Shown here one piece after another: positions 14,796 through 28,542 of a stretch of DNA of 64,000 nucleotides. Source of the DNA: the human T2T-CHM13v2.0 reference genome, Homo sapiens; the NCBI RefSeq assembly GCF_009914755.1, contig NC_060945.1; one strand, 5' to 3'. A program made the translations under genes and the position numbers. Below the pieces are notes generated by a model. It was not told the origin of the DNA. It worked only from the letters and a program-made list of their open reading frames with translations, and did no database searches. Numbering within the stretch: the stretch's first letter is position 1; each line of letters begins with the position of its first letter.

Positions 14796-15827
14796 GTACA
14801 AGCAGAATCCCTGGCACATCAGTCCCCTGCCCCTGGTGCCCACTCAGTGCTCGGACCCCCAAAGAGGGTGGCAGCCCCACGGTCGAGAGAGTGAGCTCTC
14901 TTGGGGCTGGCCTTGACCCCCACTCCTGCCATCTGTCCATCCGTCCTGCCGGAATCGCGGGCAGCAGCCTCTGTCACTCTGGCGAGGTGGCTTCGGCCCT
15001 TGTCACTTTTGTGATGTGGCTTCCGCCGAGCTCTGGTCTGCCGGTGAACTGAGAGTAGACGCGCCCTGGAAGCTGAGCTCGTCTGGAAACAAGCTCCGTG
15101 TGGCAAGCGCGATAAAGCAGCTCCAGGAGCTTTGGGAGGAGGGGCTGGGCCACAGCAGGTGGAGAGGCTGCCCGTGGCCTGGGGAGGGCCCTGAGCTGGG
15201 CCCCCCAACATCCCCCCATAGGGGAGCCCCATCCACCCGTCCCGCAGGCTCATGAGCATCTGGGGGCACTCGGAAGGAGCGCTGAAGGCAGCCCGGGTGT
15301 CCTTGGCGGCCCTGGCCTGGCCCAGAGTCTGCTCAGACCCTCTGGACTCAGGGCAGCTGCTCTCCATGGACCCAGCCTTCCTTCGGGCAGCCTGAGGTCT
15401 GGGCCACAGCCTGCTTGACCAGACAATTTATCTGACACCCCCCCAACGACCCACTTCCTCCTTCTGTTCTGTGGAAATTGAGCTGGAGGAGGAGCTAGAA
15501 CCCTGCAGAGGAGGGGCTGGGAGCCGGGTCTGGGCCTCCAGTCAGCATCTGTGCCGACCCCACCACAGACGCCCCCGGAGGTGCCCTCGAGGATCCAGGC
15601 TTCCGTGGGCCGCCCACTCGAATCATGTCCAAAACGTCAGGAGCTCCTCACCTTGGGCTGGACGGGGTTGGCACTAACGGGGAACTTTCCCCAGAACATG
15701 GCCAAGCTCCAGGATGGGGGTGATGAGGGAAGGAAGGCCAGTGGGGAGAGGAGTGAGGAAGAGGACAGCTGCGAGTCAGGTGGTGAGAGCACTTGGAGGG
15801 GCTGAGAGGACATGGGCTGGGAGTGAA

Positions 15828-16800
15828 TGCATGTGCACATATACACACACACCTCTCCAGCATATGTACACATGCACACACACACCTCTCCAGCATATGT
15901 ACACATGCACACACACCTCTCCAGCATATGTACACATGCACACACACACCTCTCCAGCATATGTACACATGCACACACCTCTCCAGCATATGTACACATG
16001 CACACACCTCTCCAGCATATGTACACATGCACATACACACCTCTCCAGCATATGTACACACACACACACCTCTCCAGCATATGTACACACACACACACCT
16101 CTCCAGCATATGTGCACACGCACACACACCTCTCCAGCGTATGTACACACACACCTCTCCAGCATATGTACGCGCGCACACACCTCTCCAGCATATGTGC
16201 ACACACACACATAGGCACACACATCTCCAGCATATGTGCACACACACCTCTCCAGCATATGTGCACACACACACATAGGCACACACATCTCCAGCATATG
16301 TGCACACACACCTCCAGCATACATGCACACACATGCACACACACATCTCCAGCATATGTGCGCACACACATACACACACACACATCTCCAGCATGTGTGT
16401 ACACACACACACCTCTCCAGCATATGTGAGCACACACACACCTCTCCAGCATGTGTGCACACACATGCACGCCTCTCCAGCATATGTGCACACACACACA
16501 CGCACCTCTCCAGCATATGTGCACATACACATAGCCAGCACATGTGCACACAGCTCTCATGTATGTGCACGTGTATCTCTAGCATACATGCACACATGTA
16601 TCTGGTGTATATGTGCAACACATACATGTATCTGGGGCATGTGCACACGCATCTCTTATGTGCACATACACATGTATCTAGGTATGTGCCCACGTTTTTC
16701 TAGCACACATGCACACACATCTCTCTAGCATATGTACACACACATGTATTTGTAGTGTGTGTGCACATCTGTGTCTCTAGTATGTGTGCATACACGTACA
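15828..16800. repeat. ~29-33-bp CA-rich minisatellite degenerating into CA/TG low complexity
   Basis: Unit (CA)n-CCTCTCCAGCATATGTACACATG repeated more than 20 times. Confidence 0.92.
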
Positions 16801-16965
16801 CATGTAGGCTTTGAGTTAAGCAGGGGAGGAATATTTTGATCAACTTTAAAATCAGCAAAATTAGATATGCATGTATGAAAATAATGAAAGTTTTAAAAAA
16901 ACAAAAATGTCAAGTAACATGAATGAGAATTCTAGAACCCTACAACCTAATTGTAAACCAAATAG

Positions 16966-17326
<361 letters not shown>

Positions 17327-17358
17327 TAGGCACTTTTTAAAGATCAAAAATTAGATGA

Positions 17359-17520
17359 GGCTGGACACGATGGCTCACACCTGTAATCCCAGCACTTTGG
17401 GAGGCTGAGGTGGGAGGATTATTTGAGTCCAGGAGTTCAAGGCTATAGTAAGCTACAATCATGCCACTGTGCTCTAGCCTGGGCAACAGAGCGAGACCCT
17501 GTGTCCAAAAAGAAAAAAAA
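17359..17520 (+). mobile_element. Monomeric Alu (FRAM/FAM-like)
   Basis: GGCTGGACACGATGGCTCACACCTGTAATCCCAGC...CTAGCCTGGGCAACAGAGCGAGACCCTG + A tail; AAAAATTAGAT on both flanks. Confidence 0.85.
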
Positions 17521-18218
17521 TTAGATTTTTAAAGACGATAAAAGGATGCCAGGCACTAAGACAGATTAAAGCCAAGAAAGTAAAATCTAAGATTCTCATG
17601 AAGTTAGCCCTCAAGTTAAGTGGGTGGTACATGGTGCCCACCTGTTAAGACCCAGCGTAGCTGTTGGAGGGTGGCTGCAGTGGAGACCCAGCCCTAGAAG
17701 GGAGGAGACAGGAGGCAGTCGAGGATCACCTTGGCGGGTGGAGGGCGGGGAAAGCTCTGGCTTGGAGGCCCAGCCCCTGTGGGGGACATGGGAAGCAGGA
17801 AGGACCCTTCCCCACAGAGGGGGTTTCCTTCCTCCAGCTGGGCCTGTGACCATATCAAGGCAGCGGGTCACATTCCTGCCCCATTTGTGGACAGTGCTGG
17901 GCTCACACTATCTCATTCCGCTCTGTCCCGAGCCTGGGAAGGAACCCTGGGCCTCTCCGTCTACAGCCACGGAAACCGAGGCTCAGGGAGCTTGTGGCTG
18001 CGAGGAGAGGGGTGGTGCAGCTGGGCCACGTCACAGCGGGACCCCTGCCTCAGGGCCTCCCTCCCTCACGCCCCCCACACCGGGCTCTCACCTCACACTC
18101 CAGGTGGCTGGGGCCTTGGGTCACCGATGGCTCCAGCACATGCCTCCGGGCTCGCCTGCTTCTCACGGCTTTCGGACTAATAGAGTCACCGCAATGCCTG
18201 TGTCTACCCTAGCCCCAG

Positions 18219-18497
18219 TGGTCCCAGGGTCCTGAGCCTCCTCTCCTCTCTCCTCTCTTCTCCCCTTGCCTGCCGGGGAGCCAGGGCTGGTCCCAGGGTC
18301 CTGAGCCTCCTCTCCTCTCTCCTCTCTTCTCCCCTCGCCTCCCGGGGAGCCAGGGCTGGTCCCAGGGTCCTGAGCCTCCTCTCCTCTCTCCTCTCTTCTC
18401 CCCTCGCCTCCCGGGGAGCCAGGGCTGGTCCCAGGGTCCTGAGCCTCCTCTCCTCTCTCCTCTCTTCTCCCCTCGCCTGCCCGGGAGCCAGGGCTGG
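18219..18497. repeat. 69-bp VNTR, 4 copies, with CT-rich core
   Basis: GTCCCAGGG recurs at 18221, 18290, 18359, 18428. Confidence 0.95.
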
Positions 18498-18722
18498 AGG
18501 TAACGAGGGTGCCGTGTGCACCTCCCGCTGTGCATGTGGGCCTCCCCCTGTGCATGTGGGCCCAACCCCGACCAAGTTCGGGCTCCGTGGCTCTCTCCTC
18601 AGTTGTGTTTCTGTGTGGCTGAAATCGTGTCGTAAAGTTAGAAGAAAGGCTGTTGTGGGGCCTGCGTTGCTTGGCAGAATGTTCCTTACCTTTTGATTTG
18701 CAGGGTTTAGAAAGCATCATAA

Positions 18723-18950
<228 letters not shown>

Positions 18951-19344
18951 TGACCCCCTGGAGAGCCGGGGGCTGCCGTTGCCCCGGCCCTACTACCCCT
19001 GGCATCTCACTCACAGAGCAGCACGTCCTGGGCGGTGGCCTTGCTGGCACTGCCTCATCCTGGGATTCCATATTCCGCATGGTGGGGCTCGAGTCTCTCG
19101 CCCGTCGCCCGTGCCCCACGGTGCTGATGGGGATCTTGGCCCAGCCATGCCCCAGCACCCGTGCCCTGACCAAGAGCGAATGAGCTGACCCGAGACGGGC
19201 TGCCCCGGGGGGGCTCCACCCAGGCCCTGCCACCAGGTAGACAGTCCCCATCTGAGAACGGCGGCTCCCCAGGCCACCGTGGCCCCAAAGCATGTCCCAC
19301 CCTCCTCTCGGGTAGTGCCACCCCAGGGAGGGGTCCTTCCCTAA

Positions 19345-19458
<114 letters not shown>

Positions 19459-20357
19459 TGAGCTGGGCGTGGCCGGCTCTGAGGGGTAAGGGGGTGTTGC
19501 CTGGAGCAGGAGAGTGTCCCTGAGAGCCACCGGCCTTGCATGGGATCGGAAGCCGCCCTGCAGAGCCGTGAGGACCACGTGTGGCGGGCGCTGTGCCCCG
19601 CGGGCCACCCTTGTTCTTCGGAGATGCCCCTTCATTGAACTAAAGTCACGGGGTGAGGGCCTGGTCTGCAAAGTGGGAGACACTGTGAGTGGTCAAGACA
19701 AAGGAACACGGGGCCGCATGCCCCCTGAAAGGCCTTTCTGGGGAAATTCAAGTCATCACATTCTTTTTGTGGCCCCAATTTTTGGTAGTAACAAATGTTT
19801 GGCCTGAGTAGAATCTGAAATTCCTATGAAATCTCCACTTTCTTCTACTGTTAACATGTATACTGCTCAGGGTTAGAGCCAGCAAGGAGTGACCAAAATC
19901 CCAAAACAACTGTGCTCAGACAGCTCAGACGTGCCAGGGGCAGACCCAGGGGCCACAAGCTCCTTCCTCCCCTGCCCCCACTGTCCCCTCCACACCACCA
20001 GCGCTCTCGTGGCGCCAGCATGGAGGAGCCCCCAGGGCCACAGCCCTGCCCAAGAGACACGTGGGGTGGCTGAAGCCACAGCGTCCAGCTTCATGCTCAG
20101 AGACTCAGCCTGTTGAGAGCACGGGTGGCTGGGACACATTTCTTACTTGGAGCAAAACGAATGAGAAATTTCAATTAGGCAGAAACTAATTGATTCCATA
20201 GTAAGTTAGAATGGCTTTACCATTTTAACTTAGTACATTTCCTTTTACACACGTATTTTGAAGTCTTGACTGTTACTAGCGGGCTTTTCTTGCGGCAGAC
20301 GCATCTCACAGCAGGGCCTCCAGCTGCACTAACACTGTGTCTCCTCTGCCCTGACAG

Positions 20358-20384
20358 GGACCTCCCGGCCTGCCGGGACTCAAG
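20358..20384 (+). CDS. COL18A1: COL18A1 exon 18 (27 bp)
   Basis: GACAG|GPPGLPGLK|GTCAGT. Confidence 0.94.
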
Positions 20385-21425
20385 GTCAGTGACGGATATG
20401 TCTGGGTTTCTGTGGTTGCTGGCTTGGCCCTGTCTCGACATCTTGGGGCTGGGGGAGACAGGGCCTTGCCTCGGGTTTTCTGATGGCAGGAGTAGGATGA
20501 ATTCATCCTGGGAAGTTTGCAAAATACAGCAAAAAAGCCTGACAGGGAAATAATCGCACACCAACCCCAACCTAGACTTCCAGCGTTAAGGGGCCATTGT
20601 CCCGTTCTCTCTCCGAAGCCCAGGAATCAAGATTCCTGGGTTCACACACCTGAAGCATATTCTCAGACTTGGGCCGAAAAGAGGGGCATAGGGGAAGAAC
20701 TCAGGGTCCCCACCTCAGCCTCAGGGACAGGTGGACTCCTGGGCTCAGGGACAGAGCCGTGGTGACCTTGTAGGACCCAGGAGCTTTGTCCTCTGCTCCC
20801 CCCATCCCTGGGGGACACTAGCCCCCAGCCTGGCCCCGAAGACCCCACCCCACCCAGGCCCCGAAGCTCCCAGGGCAGGTGCCTGAGCGGGGAGCCTGGA
20901 GCCTCCTCTCCTAGGCCCTGGGCAGCAGCCGCCTTTCACCCCGCTGCGTGCTCATCAAAGCGTCCTCTGCTGCGTGCGGGGCCAAGGGCGCACGGGGCCC
21001 ACCCTGGGGCTGCACTCTCACGCATCACCAGCCCCTGCCATGGCACCTGCTCCTTTGAGCTTTGCTTTCATTTGCAAGACATCGGGACACTCAAAAGGCT
21101 GACTTATGGGAAGGGCCGTGTGTTTGCTTTCTTAAATTGTTTGAATGAGGCCGTCTCAGCGGGGTTCCTCTTGCAGTCTGCAGTCCTAGTGATGGAATAT
21201 GTCCCCAGGTTCCGCAGCCGTCCCGGCCGGGTGCCTTCAGCCAGCCTGGGCCCACGGGGTCCCTGCACAAGTTGCTCAGTGTCCCTGGGACCCCTCGGCT
21301 CTGGGCTGGGGGAGGGCGGTGAGATGCATCCTGGGTAACTCACCCTTCCCTTCACCCGGGGTGGACGCTGCCTGAGGACTGGGCTGGCCCCAGCAGGTGC
21401 TCACGGAGCCCCTTTTTTCACTTAG

Positions 21426-21461
21426 GGGGATCCTGGCGTGCCTGGGCTGCCGGGGGCGAAG
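21426..21461 (+). CDS. COL18A1: COL18A1 exon 19 (36 bp)
   Basis: CTTAG|[12 protein letters not shown]|GTAAGC. Confidence 0.95.
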
Positions 21462-21744
21462 GTAAGCGCTGTGCCCGGGTTCAGGGACGTGGCCAGGCAG
21501 AGGCAGGGAGGGCCCAGCCGGACACCTGCGGAGATCAGCTCAGGGCGGCCTTCCCCGCTCTTCCTGCCACTGCTTTGTTTCTTTATAATTGAAGACGTGC
21601 TGGTTTCAAAGGCAACCCCCAGGATACCCACCTGCAGGGCACCCAACCCCAGGGCACCCCCAGGTTTGACTGCGTCAGGAACATGGCCTTCCTCCCTCCC
21701 GGCTGTCTGGCTGTGCAGGCCCCGTCGGCCCCTGCCACCGGCCT

Positions 21745-21995
21745 CCCGCCTCTCCCTCCTTTTCCCCGACTTCCCCCTCCCCCACACTGCCTCCCCCACT
21801 TCCCCCTCCCCCACTTCCACCTGCCCCACACCTCCTCCCCGACTTCCCCCTCCCCCACTTCCCCCTGCCCCACACCTCCTCCCCCACACCCTCCCCCACT
21901 TCCCCGTCCCCCACACCTCCTCCCCCACTCCCCACTGCCCCCGACTCCCCCCTCCCCCCCCTCCCCCCGACTCCCCCCTCCCCCACTCCTCCATC
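21745..21995. repeat. C-rich low-complexity tract (G-rich on - strand)
   Basis: Repeated ACTTCCCCCTCCCCCAC motifs. Confidence 0.88.
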
Positions 21996-22143
21996 CCTCC
22001 ACAGCCCCTGCTCAGGCCCACAGGGGTGAGAGAGAGAAGTCCAGGCCATCGCCACGTCCACGGGTGCCCCGGACTCCTCGTGGGGGTCCCTGCATTCCTG
22101 GGCGTGTGGCCAATGCCCTGCGTCCTCCATGTGACCCTTTCAG

Positions 22144-22215
22144 GGAGAAGTTGGAGCAGATGGAGTCCCCGGGTTCCCCGGCCTCCCTGGCAGAGAGGGC
22201 ATTGCTGGGCCCCAG
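22144..22215 (+). CDS. COL18A1: COL18A1 exon 20 (72 bp)
   Basis: TTCAG|[24 protein letters not shown]|GTGAGT. Confidence 0.96.
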
Positions 22216-22296
22216 GTGAGTTGCCTTGGTGGGCCCAGGGTGCAGGGGGGGCGTGGAGCCCTGAAGGGACTATGCCAAGATGAAAGCTGGCACGAG

Positions 22297-22593
22297 ATGT
22301 GCCCTCGTGGGTCCCTGGGCCTCCATGTGCCCTCGTGGGTCCCTGGGCCTCCATGTGCCCTCGTGGGTTCCTGGGCCTCCATGTGCCCTCCCGGGTCCCT
22401 GGGCCTCCGTGTGCCCTCCCGGGTCCCTGGGCCTCCGTGTGCCCACTCCCGGGTCTCTGGGCCTCCGTGTGCCCTCCTGGGTCTCCGTGTGCCCTCTCAG
22501 GTCCCTGGGCCTCCGTGTGCCCTCCCGGGTCCCTGGGCCTTCGTGTGCCCTCCCAGGTCTCTGGGCCTCCGTGTGCCCACTCCCGGGTCTCTG
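22297..22593. repeat. ~28-30-bp minisatellite, ~10 copies
   Basis: (A/G)TGTGCCCTCCCGGGTCCCTGGGCCTCC repeated. Confidence 0.92.
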
Positions 22594-22767
22594 AGCGCCA
22601 GGAGTTAAGTATAAGTCTCCGTCAGGGCTCTTGGTGGCTGCCTCCCTCCCAGGCCCCAGCCGGTCGGGAAATAAAGAACCCCACATCTTCATCAGAGCCA
22701 TCCCTCACGGGGGGCCAGGGGCTCCTGTTTCTGTTGGTGATGAACCATTTCCTTCCTGTCTCTCCAG

Positions 22768-22803
22768 GGGCCAAAGGGAGACAGAGGCAGCCGGGGAGAA
22801 AAG
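22768..22803 (+). CDS. COL18A1: COL18A1 exon 21 (36 bp)
   Basis: TCCAG|[12 protein letters not shown]|GTGAGT. Confidence 0.95.
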
Positions 22804-23156
22804 GTGAGTGTCCCTGGGGCGGGTGGATGGGGATGGGGGGCGCTGGGACATCCCAGAAGGTTTGGCCTCAGCTGCCCCAGGTCCGTGCCCCTGCTGCCCA
22901 TGTGACCTCAGAGACTCAGGGCAAAGACCCTCAAGTTGACAGGGGTGGCTTTCAGGCTGGGGGCAGCGTGTGTGGCTCAACCGTCCCTGTTGGAGCCTGC
23001 CCTGCCTGGCAGGGGGCTCCAAGGCCACAGTCCACAGCCCCGGGCGCCTCCTCACCCACCGTGGGCTCTGGGCACCCCCTCCAGGGCTGGGTGGACTCTG
23101 GGGTCCTGGCCAGAGCGGTTGAGATGAAATGCCGGACGCGTGGCCTCCTCTTCCAG

Positions 23157-23246
23157 GGAGATCCAGGGAAGGACGGAGTCGGGCAGCCGGGCCTCCCTGG
23201 CCCCCCCGGACCCCCGGGACCTGTGGTCTACGTGTCGGAGCAGGAC
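23157..23246 (+). CDS. COL18A1: COL18A1 exon 22 (90 bp)
   Basis: TCCAG|[30 protein letters not shown]|GTAAGG. Confidence 0.96.
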
Positions 23247-23399
23247 GTAAGGACGCTGCGTGGGTGGGCACCCAATCTGTCCAGACCCCCCACTGGGTGC
23301 AGAGATCCCTCCCCGAGCCCCCCCCCACACCCCCACATCCCCCAGGTCAGGACAGGCCCTGACTGCCAGTCTACACTCCACCTCCTCGGTGGGGGCTGC

Positions 23400-23454
23400 A
23401 GACGCCCTCGGTCAGAGACGCCCTCGGTCAGAGACGCCCTCGGTCAGAGACGCC
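23400..23454. repeat. 16-bp tandem repeat x3.4
   Basis: AGACGCCCTCGGTCAG repeated. Confidence 0.88.
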
Positions 23455-24499
23455 TGGGGAGCCCAGCTCCATGTGGTGTTGGAGACACCGAGGAGAGGGG
23501 AGGGCCTGCACAGGGGCCAGTGTTTTTACGTCAAAGGCTCCCATTGGGCTCACTCCCTGTGTCCTTGACACTGTGGCCCCAAAGCTGCATGTAGTCACCC
23601 AGCTGCCCCGTCAGAAGAAGCAGATGCACCCTTGGCCCCTCTGGTGAAGGTTGTGTTGGTTCCGGAACCTTCCTCCCCCACTGCGGCCCGTCCATCAGGC
23701 CTCTCAGCTGCACCCTCTGCGCCTGCCAGCAGTGCATCCCACTGGTCCCTGTGCCACCCTGGCCTCACAGAGGCAGACGCATCTCCGCCCAGCCACATGG
23801 AACACAGGGACCAAGCCCCACTCTGGGCAGGGAGCTGAGCCCTGGGCAGATGCAGGGCCCAGGGCAGCAGAGCTGGGTGTGGCCAGGGGTTCAGATCCCT
23901 GCAGAGTTCTCTGTGGCCACCAGTGGAAGGGGGGCTGCCCGGGGCAGAGCTGAGAGCAGGCACCGTCAGCTGTGTGACACTGGACAAGTTACCTAACCCT
24001 TGTGCTCCAGCTCCCCACCTAGGAGGTGGGACTCTAACAGTCTTGAGAGGAGGGGTGGAGTTGGGAACAGGCAGGAGAGGGCTTGCCCCAGCACGGCTTT
24101 GCTAGGAGCAGGCAGACAGGCATCGGGAGGCAGGGGCAGCCCGAGAGGCCACAGGGACCTCGGCGTGACGGTCAAGACATCAGAACATCAGAAAAGCCTC
24201 CCGTAGGCCGAGCCACCTCCGCCGGCAAGCAAGGGAGCGTCTAGCAGAGGCAGGAGCATTTTAAAACAAAATGGAAGTAAAAACCATGGCCCTTAGGGCG
24301 TCTGGAGTCTGCATCCAGCTGCTCTGAGCTGAGGGGCGTCTGTGCTGCAGGAGGGATGCCCCAGGCCCAGGAAGACTGGAAAGCAACATTTTCCTTGAAT
24401 TTCCTGGTTTGGTGTTTTGTTGATCTGTAAGTCGCTCGAGTCCAGTTGAATTTTAAACGCGGCTCTTTGTTTCCGATTTTTCCTTTTGCTCGTGGACAG

Positions 24500-24529
24500 G
24501 GATCCGTCCTGAGCGTGCCGGGACCTGAG
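24500..24529 (+). CDS. COL18A1: COL18A1 exon 23 (30 bp)
   Basis: GACAG|GSVLSVPGPE|GTATGT. Confidence 0.94.
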
Positions 24530-24651
24530 GTATGTGCCTGCCCAGCTTCTAAGAGACGGGCCTGCGGGGACCTGGGTACAAGGCTGGGTGGGGTCCGGGC
24601 AGGCGCGAGGGTGCGTGATGACCCCAGCTGACGCCGTCCCTCTTTCCCCAG

Positions 24652-24678
24652 GGCCGGCCGGGTTTCGCAGGCTTTCCC
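24652..24678 (+). CDS. COL18A1: COL18A1 exon 24 (27 bp)
   Basis: CCCAG|GRPGFAGFP|GTGAGT. Confidence 0.95.
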
Positions 24679-25141
24679 GTGAGTAACCTGGTGCCAGAGC
24701 TGCATGCTGCCCGCCACTGCCCTCCCGGCTGGGGAGGGGTCTCCACCTGGTAGCACAGAGCAGCCCGGTCGAGCTGGGGTGGGCCTTGTCAGGCCCGAGG
24801 GATAGCGACAGTCACTGCCCCCAAGGAAATGATGGGAGTGGGATGTGGGCGAGAGCCGCTGGCAGGCCCTGTGCTGGGTGGGCACCCGTGAGGGTGAGGC
24901 AGCTCCTTGCACCTGCAGAGGCCTGCAGTGTCCAGAGTGAGGCTGGGGCCGGGAGGTGTCCTGGTGGGGGTCACCTGCGGAGGCCTGCAGTGTCCAGAGT
25001 GAGGCTGGGGCTGCGAGGGGCCCTGGTCGGGCTGACGAGGCAGGCATATTGCGGGGGGCAGCTGTCGGGGGAGATGGAGCAGCCGTCGGGGATGGGGGAG
25101 ATGCCAGCCGCTCGGGCCTCACGGCCTGGCCTCCATTCCAG

Positions 25142-25204
25142 GGACCTGCAGGACCCAAGGGCAACCTGGGCTCTAAGGGCGAACGAGGCTCCCCGGGACC
25201 CAAG
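25142..25204 (+). CDS. COL18A1: COL18A1 exon 25 (63 bp)
   Basis: TCCAG|GPAGPKGNLGSKGERGSPGPK|GTAAGG. Confidence 0.96.
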
Positions 25205-25479
25205 GTAAGGGGCTCAGGTGCTGTCCCTCAACCCCCTTTGTGACCCAGGGGTGGCTCCAGCCTGCCCAGATGACCACTGTTGGGAGGGACCTGGGACCCC
25301 CCGGCTGCTGCTGTGACACGTGAGGGGTACATCCCTGCTCGGGCCGTCCCTGTGGTCACCTCCCATGAAAGGACCCAGCCTGCGAGGCCCAGTCACAGCG
25401 GCCCTGCCTTCGGGGCTCTGGGTGAGGCTTTGTGGGGAAGGAGCTGGCCCTGACTCTGCTGGACCTCCTGCCATTCCAG

Positions 25480-25554
25480 GGTGAGAAGGGTGAACCGGGC
25501 AGCATCTTCAGCCCCGACGGCGGTGCCCTGGGCCCTGCCCAGAAAGGAGCCAAG
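25480..25554 (+). CDS. COL18A1: COL18A1 exon 26 (75 bp)
   Basis: TCCAG|[25 protein letters not shown]|GTGAGG. Confidence 0.96.
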
Positions 25555-26530
25555 GTGAGGGCCGGGCAGCCTCCTTCCGGCGGGCGTGGGGGCTCCTGGG
25601 GCTGTGGAGACAGCCTGGGGAGGGTCTTCCTGAGGGTCTGGCTCCTGATGCACGAGCCTCTCCCAAGCAGGGCTCCACCATCCAGGCCTGGCCCTGGTGG
25701 CCCCTCCTTTCTCGCACCCATGTCGGCGGTTCCGCCGGCCCCTCGTCCTCTCCCTGCCCCTCGTCCTCTCCCTACCCCTGAGCCCACCCTGCTGAGGGGA
25801 GGTTCTCAGTGGGCTGCAGCTCTGAGCTCGCGCCTCCCTGGGGCCTGGCCTGTGGGGTGCAGGAGCCCAGGCTGTACCAGCTCAGCCTCAGCAGGTTTCT
25901 GGCTGCCCCTCCAGCCTCTTCCTGGGGGCCCTGATGCTGTGGGCAGGGCCCGGAGTCAGTTCCTCAAGGGGCCTGTGCCTGCGTCCCCACCCCCAGCAGG
26001 CAGCCGCCCAGAAAAGCCCTCGGGGAGGGTCCTGGGGAGAAGCCTGGATCTTTGGAGTGTGGGCCACCGGCTCTCCCACTTTCAGAGGGAGCAGTGAGCC
26101 CTCCAGGGTGTTTGGGGTGGGCCTCAGACACAGGATCCCCAGGCCCAGTGAGAGCTCCACTATCCCACCCAGCTGTGCATTGGAGCTGGGGCCTGTGGCA
26201 ACCAGGACACTGCGTGGCACATGCCCTCCACCCTCCACCCTCCACCCTCCACCCCTGCTTCAGGGTCCCGGGGCATGCATGCACGCACCAACCTGGACGC
26301 AAACCCCAAACCCGACCCTCCCCTCACCAGTGACTCCTGTCCTCCCCAGGGCTGCCTGCGCCTTGGGGACGGCCCAGTGCACCCAAAGGGACCACAGCGG
26401 CCCTTAGGGAGGCTATCAGGTGGGGCACAAGCCGCCACCTAACCGTGCCTTCGCCACAGGGGCCCTCAGAGAGGCTGCCAGGTGGGGCACAAGCTGCCAC
26501 CTAACCCTGTCTTCTTGTTTTTTTGCTCAG

Positions 26531-26557
26531 GGAGAGCCGGGCTTCCGAGGACCCCCG
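26531..26557 (+). CDS. COL18A1: COL18A1 exon 27 (27 bp)
   Basis: CTCAG|GEPGFRGPP|GTAAGT. Confidence 0.95.
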
Positions 26558-26847
26558 GTAAGTCGGTCCCTGGCTTTCTCTGCACTGAGCTCGGGCATGA
26601 CGGCCCCCAAGGACACGGTCGCCCGCGGCTGCTGAGCTTGTGCTGTGCGGCCCAGGGCTCATCTCCCTAGTGCAGTTTTAAAGCGTGTGGGGCAGGTGTC
26701 GGCGTGAGGCTGCGGTGGGCTCCTCCGAGCTGATGGGTGGCCCAGGGTGCTGTGCTCTGCATGGCCCCTCCCCTTCCCCAGGACCCCCCAACTCGTGGTC
26801 AAGGGCCAGGGTCTGCCCCACTAAGCCTGGCCCCCTTCCTCTTGCAG

Positions 26848-26901
26848 GGTCCATACGGACGGCCGGGGTACAAGGGAGAGATTGGCTTTCCTGGACGGCC
26901 G
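26848..26901 (+). CDS. COL18A1: COL18A1 exon 28 (54 bp)
   Basis: TGCAG|GPYGRPGYKGEIGFPGRP|GTGAGG. Confidence 0.96.
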
Positions 26902-27268
26902 GTGAGGACCTGGGGTCTCCAGTGGGGGCGGCAGATGGGGTCTGGCAGGTGGGGAGCAGCCCAGGCCCACGGGGGTGACATGCCCAGAGGGGAGTGGACG
27001 GCCGCCGCACCCACTGTCCTCCCCCAAGAACCGGCCCTGCCTGAGCGCAGCTCTTGTCCTGGATGTGGCTGGCAGTACCCCACGAGGGGCCAGTACCCAG
27101 GAGGAAGCCCTGGAGGCAGACAGGGCAGTGGGCCTGTGTGTGCTAGGCTCAGTCACCTCCTCCCAAAAGGGTCCTTGTGCAGGAAAGGGGTGAGAAGGGC
27201 CGGGGTAGCCTGAGAGCTGGGAACGTGTGAGGCTGAGCGTGGGCCGGCCGGGCCTGGCGTGGGGCTAA

Positions 27269-27520
<252 letters not shown>

Positions 27521-27556
27521 TAAGCAGCCCTGCCATGTGGCCACACAGCACTGGTC

Positions 27557-28020
27557 ATGCCATACCCATGCACAGTCATACATGTCCACACACACATGCA
27601 CACGTGTGCCCAAACATGCATGCACATATATGGCCGTACTCATACATGTGTGCACATATACACATGCATCTATGCACATACATGCCCATACACACGCGCA
27701 CACATACACACGCACACACACATCCACACGTGCTCATGTGTGTACACATGCCCATACACTCCACATAGGTGCACATATACACATGTATTCATGCATATAC
27801 GGGCCTGTCCACGTGCACACCCATACAGGTATATACATACACTCATACATGTGCACGTATCCACATGTGTATCCACATACATGACTATGAGCCCTCCCTG
27901 GCCCATTCCATGATGGGCATACACACTGCACATGTATACTCATGCACACATACATATACACATGCATACACACCAATACACATATATGCACACATGTGCA
28001 CCCATATACACACATACAAC
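27557..28020. repeat. (CA/TA)n-rich low-complexity tract
   Basis: CACATG/CATACA alternating purine-pyrimidine repeats. Confidence 0.87.
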
Positions 28021-28473
28021 AGGCCCCCGTGGATTCTCAGCAGGGCATCCATGGGCCTGGGCCATGCCCTCCATGCCCTCCATGCCCTCCAAGCCCTCCA
28101 TGCTGTGGGTTCTCCCGCTCAGCCCAAAGGTGTCCACTCTGCTGTCTTTTGAGCCAAGAGCTTTGTCTCCCTGATGTCAGCAGGGTGGGGCATTTTCAGT
28201 CACCTTTTTACCTGAGACGCAGACCCGGTGGCCTCTTCACTCCTCCCGAGGGACGTCTGTGCACGACTCCAGCGTGGGATGAGGTGGGGCCGGGGCCAGT
28301 TCCTGTCCTCAGGGAGCCGTGGCCCGAGTGACCCACTGCATTCTCGGTTTTGCCTGGTCAGAGGTCTGCCTGGTCAGGTTTCTGATTTTTCTGATTTTTC
28401 TGAACTGTCTCTGCTCCCAGCTGCTGCCTGACAGGCAGGCCATAAGCCTAACAGCTCTCTGCCCTCCCCACAG

Positions 28474-28542
28474 GGAATGCCCGGCCCCCCAGGACCTCCA
28501 GGGCCCCCAGGCCCTCCAGGGACTCCTGTTTACGACAGCAAT
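28474..28542 (+). CDS. COL18A1: COL18A1 exon 30 (69 bp)
   Basis: CACAG|[23 protein letters not shown]|GTAAGT. Confidence 0.96.
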
